Below are positions 25,915 through 30,033 of a stretch of DNA of 30,033 nt, piece after piece; position 1 is the stretch's first letter; the number at the start of each line of letters is the position of its first letter. The position numbers and the translations under genes are program-made. Source of the DNA: Bdellovibrionota bacterium (GTDB taxonomy: Bacteria; Bdellovibrionota_C; UBA2361; JBGSMV01); contig JBIKWF010000047.1 in the NCBI GenBank assembly GCA_044356455.1, positions 1 through 30,033 of the forward strand, given 5' to 3'. The notes beneath the pieces were generated by a model. It saw nothing but the letters and a program-made list of their open reading frames with translations, had not been told where the DNA came from and ran no database searches.

Positions 25915-28683
25915 CTACGCCGCAGGGGGTTCAGCCGCAGGAGATTTTTTCTTGGGCTTTGTGGCCTTGGGAGCCTTCGCTTTGCTCTTTGCGGGAGCCT
26001 TGGCTGCCTTGGGAGTTTTTGCTGCCTTCGGTGCTTTGGGCTCTTTGACTGTTTTCGCTGCCACTGGCTTTTTTGCCGCCGGCTTCTTTGCGCCACGCTT
26101 CTTGGGTGCCATGGCGGCACGTTGATCAATAAGCTGTACGGCTTCGGGTAGCGAGAGCGCTTCCGGCTGTACTCCGCGTGGAAGAGAGGCGTTGGTGGTT
26201 CCGTCAGTTACATAGGGTCCATAGCGACCATCTTTGATGACAATGACGGATTCGGTAGATGGATGTTTGCCCAACTCTTTAAGAATCTTGGGCTGAGCTG
26301 CGGCTCGGCCTGCGCGGCGACGAGGAGACTTGAGAATCTCCACCGCTTGCTCAACAGTTATCTCAAGCAGGGACGGCCCTCCGGCAGGGATACTGCGCGT
26401 TTCGGCTCCACACTTTATGTAAGGACCAAAGCGACCATTCTGCACCACGATATCTTCATTATTCTCGGGATGCTTTCCAATGCTCTTGGGAAACTCGAGA
26501 AGTTTGAGGGCAATTTCAAGAGTGAGCGTAGAGGGCTCCATTCCGGGAAGAAGGGATGCCATCTTGGGCCTGTCGCCACCTTCGGTTTGCTCACCGAGCT
26601 GAATATACGGACCAAATCGGCCCTTCTTGAGATATACGTTTTGCGCAGTTTGGGGATGCTCCCCTAACTTGTCTGGTCCCTTGGCTGCGTCGGCGAGCAT
26701 CTGCAGCGACTTCTCTATGGTGAGTTCGTCTGGGCAAAGGTCGTCGGCAAGGCTCGCGCGCTGGGTTCCGTCTGAAAGAAAAGGTCCGAAGCGGCCGACG
26801 CGGATTTCGATTTTTCTTCCGTCGCTTGTTGTGCCGAGCGGAATACCGTTAATCAGGCGCGGATCGATGAGCTCTTCGCCTTGGGTGATAAGTTTTTTAA
26901 GCCCAGGATGACCATTTCCAAAGTAGAAATGCTTTAGATATTTTATGTTGTGCTCTTCGCCGCGAGAGATGGCGTCGAGATCATCTTCGAGTCGCGCGGT
27001 GAAATCGTAGTCAATGATGTCCTTGAAGTACTGCTCCATGAGCTGGGTGAGCACCATGGCAAGATAGGTGGGAACAAGCGCAGTTCCTTTCTTGAAGGCG
27101 TACGATCGGCTAAGGACGACGTCCACTATTGTAGCCCAGGTACTTGGACGGCCGATGCCTAAGCGCTCAAGCTCCTTAATTAGGCTTCCTTCGGTAAAGC
27201 GTGCAGCAGGCTGCGTCTCATGCGAGATGGCTTCAAGCGCTGAGGTCTCGAGATTCTCGCCAACGGTAAGTGCAGGAAGTATGCGCTCCCTATCGGCGAG
27301 TTCCTGGTCAGGATCGTCGGACCCTTCGACATACGCTCTAAGATATCCAGGGAATTCTATGGTGCTTCCCGTGGCGCGGAAGGAGGCGTTTGCTACCTTA
27401 ACGTCGACGCTCATACGCTTTCCGCGTGCGTCGCTCATTTGGGAGGCGATAGTTCGCTTCCAAATCAACTCGTAAAGCTTAAAGGCTTCGTCGCCAAAGC
27501 GTTCGCGGACTGCCTGTAGAGTTGCGAACTGGGAGCCTGCAGGACGAATTGCTTCATGCGCTTCTTGGGCATTTTTAACTTTGGTCTTATAAATGCGCGG
27601 TTCGGGATGGAGAAATTCATTGCCGAAATCTTTCGCTATCAAGCTGCGTGAGGCATCGAGCGCTTCTTGAGAAAGCGTGGTCGAGTCGGTACGCATGTAG
27701 GTGATAATTCCGTTTTCGTATAACAGCTGCGCAACTTGCATGGTTCGCCTTGCGGCAAATCCTAGTTTGCGGCTTCCTTCTTGTTGGAGCGTGCTGGTAG
27801 TGAAAGGGGGATAGGGGCGCGTGGTGTAGGGTTTCTCTTCGACGCTCGTAACGGAGGCGGTTTCTGTGAGGAGGTCCTGGCGCAACTTTTCTGCTGCAGG
27901 GCCTTCGAGATGCACGACGTCGGCTTTCGGGTCGAGTAAGCCGGTTTCCGGTACGAAGTCCTTACCTATTGCTACTCGCTTGTTATTGAGGTGCGTGAGT
28001 TCGGCCTCAAACTTGTCGGGAGATGCTCCTTTTTGAAGCTTCTTGAAAGTGGCTTTAAGGTCCCAGTACTGGGAGAGTTTAAATTTAATACGCAGACGCT
28101 CACGCTCAACCAGGAGCCGCATCGCGACACTTTGTACTCGTCCGGCGCTGAGTCGCGGCGCGACTTTCTTCCAAAGGAGTGGGCTGATTGAGTAGCCGAA
28201 GAGTCTATCAATAATACGTCTCGTCTCTTGGGCTTTCACGAGATTCACGTCAAGGTCGCGGGGATTGGCGAGTGCTTCGGCAATCGCTTCCTTGGTGATT
28301 TCGTGGAACACCATGCGCTTGACGGGGACTTTGGGCTCAAGCGCTTGGATTAAATGCCAACTGATCGATTCTCCTTCTCGGTCTTCGTCGGTTGCGAGGA
28401 AGAGAGAGGGGGCGTCTTTTAGTGCTTTCTTGAGTTCTGAGACGCGCTTTTTTTTGTCGTCGGGAATGATGTAGAGCGGTTCAAAGTCTTCATCGACCTT
28501 GATGCCAAGCCTTGCCCACTTTTCTTTTTTTACGGCTTCTGGGATCTCGGACGCGTTGTTAGGGAGGTCGCGAATATGACCGTAGGACGCAAGTACCTCG
28601 TACTTGCCACTGAGAAACTTCTCAATGGTGCGAGCCTTCGTGGGAGACTCTACAATTACTAATGGTTTGTCGCTCTTTGCCAT
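25915..28683 (-). CDS. topA: DNA topoisomerase I (type IA) with C-terminal repeats and Lys/Ala-rich tail
   Basis: LVIVESP.KA, GHIRDL, ATDEDREGE, SAGRVQS, ITYMRTDS (catalytic Tyr), AQEAHEAIRP, GIGRPST; four GR(F/Y)GP(Y/F) repeats. Confidence 0.97.
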   Translation of the reverse strand: MAKSDKPLVIVESPTKARTIEKFLSGKYEVLASYGHIRDLPNNASEIPEAVKKEKWARLGIKVDEDFEPLYIIPDDKKKRVSELKKALKDAPSLFLATDEDREGESISWHLIQALEPKVPVKRMVFHEITKEAIAEALANPRDLDVNLVKAQETRRIIDRLFGYSISPLLWKKVAPRLSAGRVQSVAMRLLVERERLRIKFKLSQYWDLKATFKKLQKGASPDKFEAELTHLNNKRVAIGKDFVPETGLLDPKADVVHLEGPAAEKLRQDLLTETASVTSVEEKPYTTRPYPPFTTSTLQQEGSRKLGFAARRTMQVAQLLYENGIITYMRTDSTTLSQEALDASRSLIAKDFGNEFLHPEPRIYKTKVKNAQEAHEAIRPAGSQFATLQAVRERFGDEAFKLYELIWKRTIASQMSDARGKRMSVDVKVANASFRATGSTIEFPGYLRAYVEGSDDPDQELADRERILPALTVGENLETSALEAISHETQPAARFTEGSLIKELERLGIGRPSTWATIVDVVLSRSYAFKKGTALVPTYLAMVLTQLMEQYFKDIIDYDFTARLEDDLDAISRGEEHNIKYLKHFYFGNGHPGLKKLITQGEELIDPRLINGIPLGTTSDGRKIEIRVGRFGPFLSDGTQRASLADDLCPDELTIEKSLQMLADAAKGPDKLGEHPQTAQNVYLKKGRFGPYIQLGEQTEGGDRPKMASLLPGMEPSTLTLEIALKLLEFPKSIGKHPENNEDIVVQNGRFGPYIKCGAETRSIPAGGPSLLEITVEQAVEILKSPRRRAGRAAAQPKILKELGKHPSTESVIVIKDGRYGPYVTDGTTNASLPRGVQPEALSLPEAVQLIDQRAAMAPKKRGAKKPAAKKPVAAKTVKEPKAPKAAKTPKAAKAPAKSKAKAPKATKPKKKSPAAEPPAA

Positions 28684-29035
28684 TTCGTTTTCGTGGGCTA
28701 TTGCGTTTTCGTTGGATAGGTAGCGGCGGATAATACAGATGTCGCTCCCACATGCAAGAAAACGGCGTTTTCAAGGAGCGCTTGTCTATCAGAACCTTCG
28801 CTACGAACGTGCCATGCGGCTCGGTATCCTTAGTATTTCTGAGCTCTTGAGGCAAATATCGTCCTTAGGAGCTGTGTTTCTGCTGTTTATTAGATAGCCG
28901 GGAGAGGGTTGTGGGATTCAGCGCTGCTAGGTGAGCGAGGGCGGAACGGCTTTTGATTGCTGAGTTGAAAAGCAAAAAGGCGAGGTGTGAGAGCCTGCGC
29001 GGGGTTCTGAGTGGGGGGACACGAGAAATCTCTAA

Positions 29036-29147
29036 GGAGCCTCTGAAAAACCTCGATATTGTATTTTTTCTCTCTGTGAACTCTGTGGTTTTTTGAGCAA
29101 TTTAAATCAGCCACAGAGTTCACAGAGTGGACTTTTTCAGAGGTTCC
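29036..29147. mobile_element. Intact family B MITE (112 bp) with CTAA target-site duplication
   Basis: CTAA|GGAGCCTCTGAAAAA ... TTTTTCAGAGGTTCC|CTAA (14/15 TIR); internal perfect 17-bp IR CTCTGTGAACTCTGTGG / CCACAGAGTTCACAGAG. Confidence 0.92.
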
Positions 29148-29310
29148 CTAATAGACATCAGAAGGCCACGCGTGCGCCCGCTTTGGGAAAAAGTGAGGGT
29201 GCCGAGTATCGAACTTTCTTCGCAGAGATTTTACGTGCCATCGGCAATCTTGAGGGGACAATCTGCCGGTGCGAATTTATTGCCTGGGCTATCTGTGCTC
29301 AGATAGAGAG

Positions 29311-29832
29311 ATGAATCTTCCGTCTTCGTCCGCTAAAGCTATTTTATTGATGGGTGTTGCTGGTGCGGGTAAGAGCACGATAGGAGCGGCGCTCGCGGCA
29401 CAGCTCGGGTTTCGCTTTATTGAGGGGGATGATTTCCATTCCGAGGTGAACCGAAAGAAGATGTCGGAGGGTTTCCCGCTCAATGATGAAGACCGGGCGC
29501 CATGGCTAGAGGCCATACGCCATGAGCTAGAGGCATCTCTCAGTGCAGGACGCTCTTGTGTAGTGGCTTGTTCCGCCTTGAAGGAGCGTTATCGGCAAAT
29601 ACTGGTAGCTGGCCTTCCTGTAATGGTGGTGTTTCTTAAGCTGTTACCAGAGATTGCAGAAAGCCGAGTGCGAGCTCGCTCCAAACATTTTTTTTCTCCG
29701 ACGCTGGTGGCAAGCCAATTCTTAGCTCTTGAGAATCCGAAAGAAGGGCTCTGCATCGATGCGAGTCTTCCCGTCGATGAAATTTTACTCAGCATAGAGA
29801 AATCGCTGACCTCTACCTTTGCGCGGCGTTGA
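29311..29832 (+). CDS. gntK: Gluconokinase (GntK/IdnK type)
   Basis: MGVAGAGKST, EGDDFH, KM..G.PL.DEDR.PWL, ACSALK..YR, HFF...LV.SQF..LE; ATG 29311. Confidence 0.9.
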   Translation: MNLPSSSAKAILLMGVAGAGKSTIGAALAAQLGFRFIEGDDFHSEVNRKKMSEGFPLNDEDRAPWLEAIRHELEASLSAGRSCVVACSALKERYRQILVAGLPVMVVFLKLLPEIAESRVRARSKHFFSPTLVASQFLALENPKEGLCIDASLPVDEILLSIEKSLTSTFARR

Positions 29833-29858
29833 GGGGGAAGGCGATTTCTTCGTTCTTG

Positions 29859-29912
29859 GGTAACTTCTAAAAAACTTCGAGTCCTAATACACCTCTGTGT
29901 ACCTTCGTGTCC
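29859..29912. mobile_element. Degenerate family B end
   Basis: GGTAACTTCTAAAAAACTTCGAGTCCTAATACACCTCTGTGTACCT aligns to the reverse complement of the right end of 20617-20745. Confidence 0.6.
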
Positions 29913-30033
29913 TTGTAAGTTCCTATTTGGCAGGTACCACCGGTGCACGGTAGGTATCAGATGCCCGCGGTGTGGGAGTTCGATCCGTGTCCGGAATATC
30001 TTTGAAGAGAGTTCGGCACAGAGCGCGAACACC

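Noticed and set aside
29589..30032. Minus-strand 147-aa ORF and the other short antisense ORFs overlapping called genes
   Set aside because: Shadow ORFs with no recognisable motifs; this one overlaps gntK and a MITE remnant

Overview
Bacterial chromosomal window with about 23 credible CDS. The gene content (DUF1552/DUF1592 pair, orphan PilB, FG-GAP flagellin) suggests a Bdellovibrionota/Oligoflexia- or myxobacteria-like lineage; that placement is inference only. Housekeeping genes are rlmH, rppH, recJ, a TldD protease, glnA, topA and gntK. Accessory genes include an AAA ATPase with a C-terminal nuclease-like motif, a PilB/GspE ATPase, two degenerate signalling proteins, a cytochrome-c DUF1592 + Tat DUF1552 operon and two glycosyltransferases. 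Two things stand out. (1) A 615-aa flagellin whose variable region holds seven FG-GAP/VCBS motifs, i.e. a predicted integrin-alpha-like 7-bladed beta-propeller on the filament surface. (2) Many intergenic regions carry small non-coding repeats from at least four families: (A) GTAG-tagged REP hairpins with co-varying stems that form a 146-bp unit, seen solo and as a 3-copy ~240-bp-period array; (B) IS5-like MITEs with YTAR target duplications; (C) a second MITE; (D) long palindromes built from 9-bp units. These nest inside each other, stack at one target site and repeatedly overlap stop codons. No transposase, rRNA, tRNA or CRISPR array was found.
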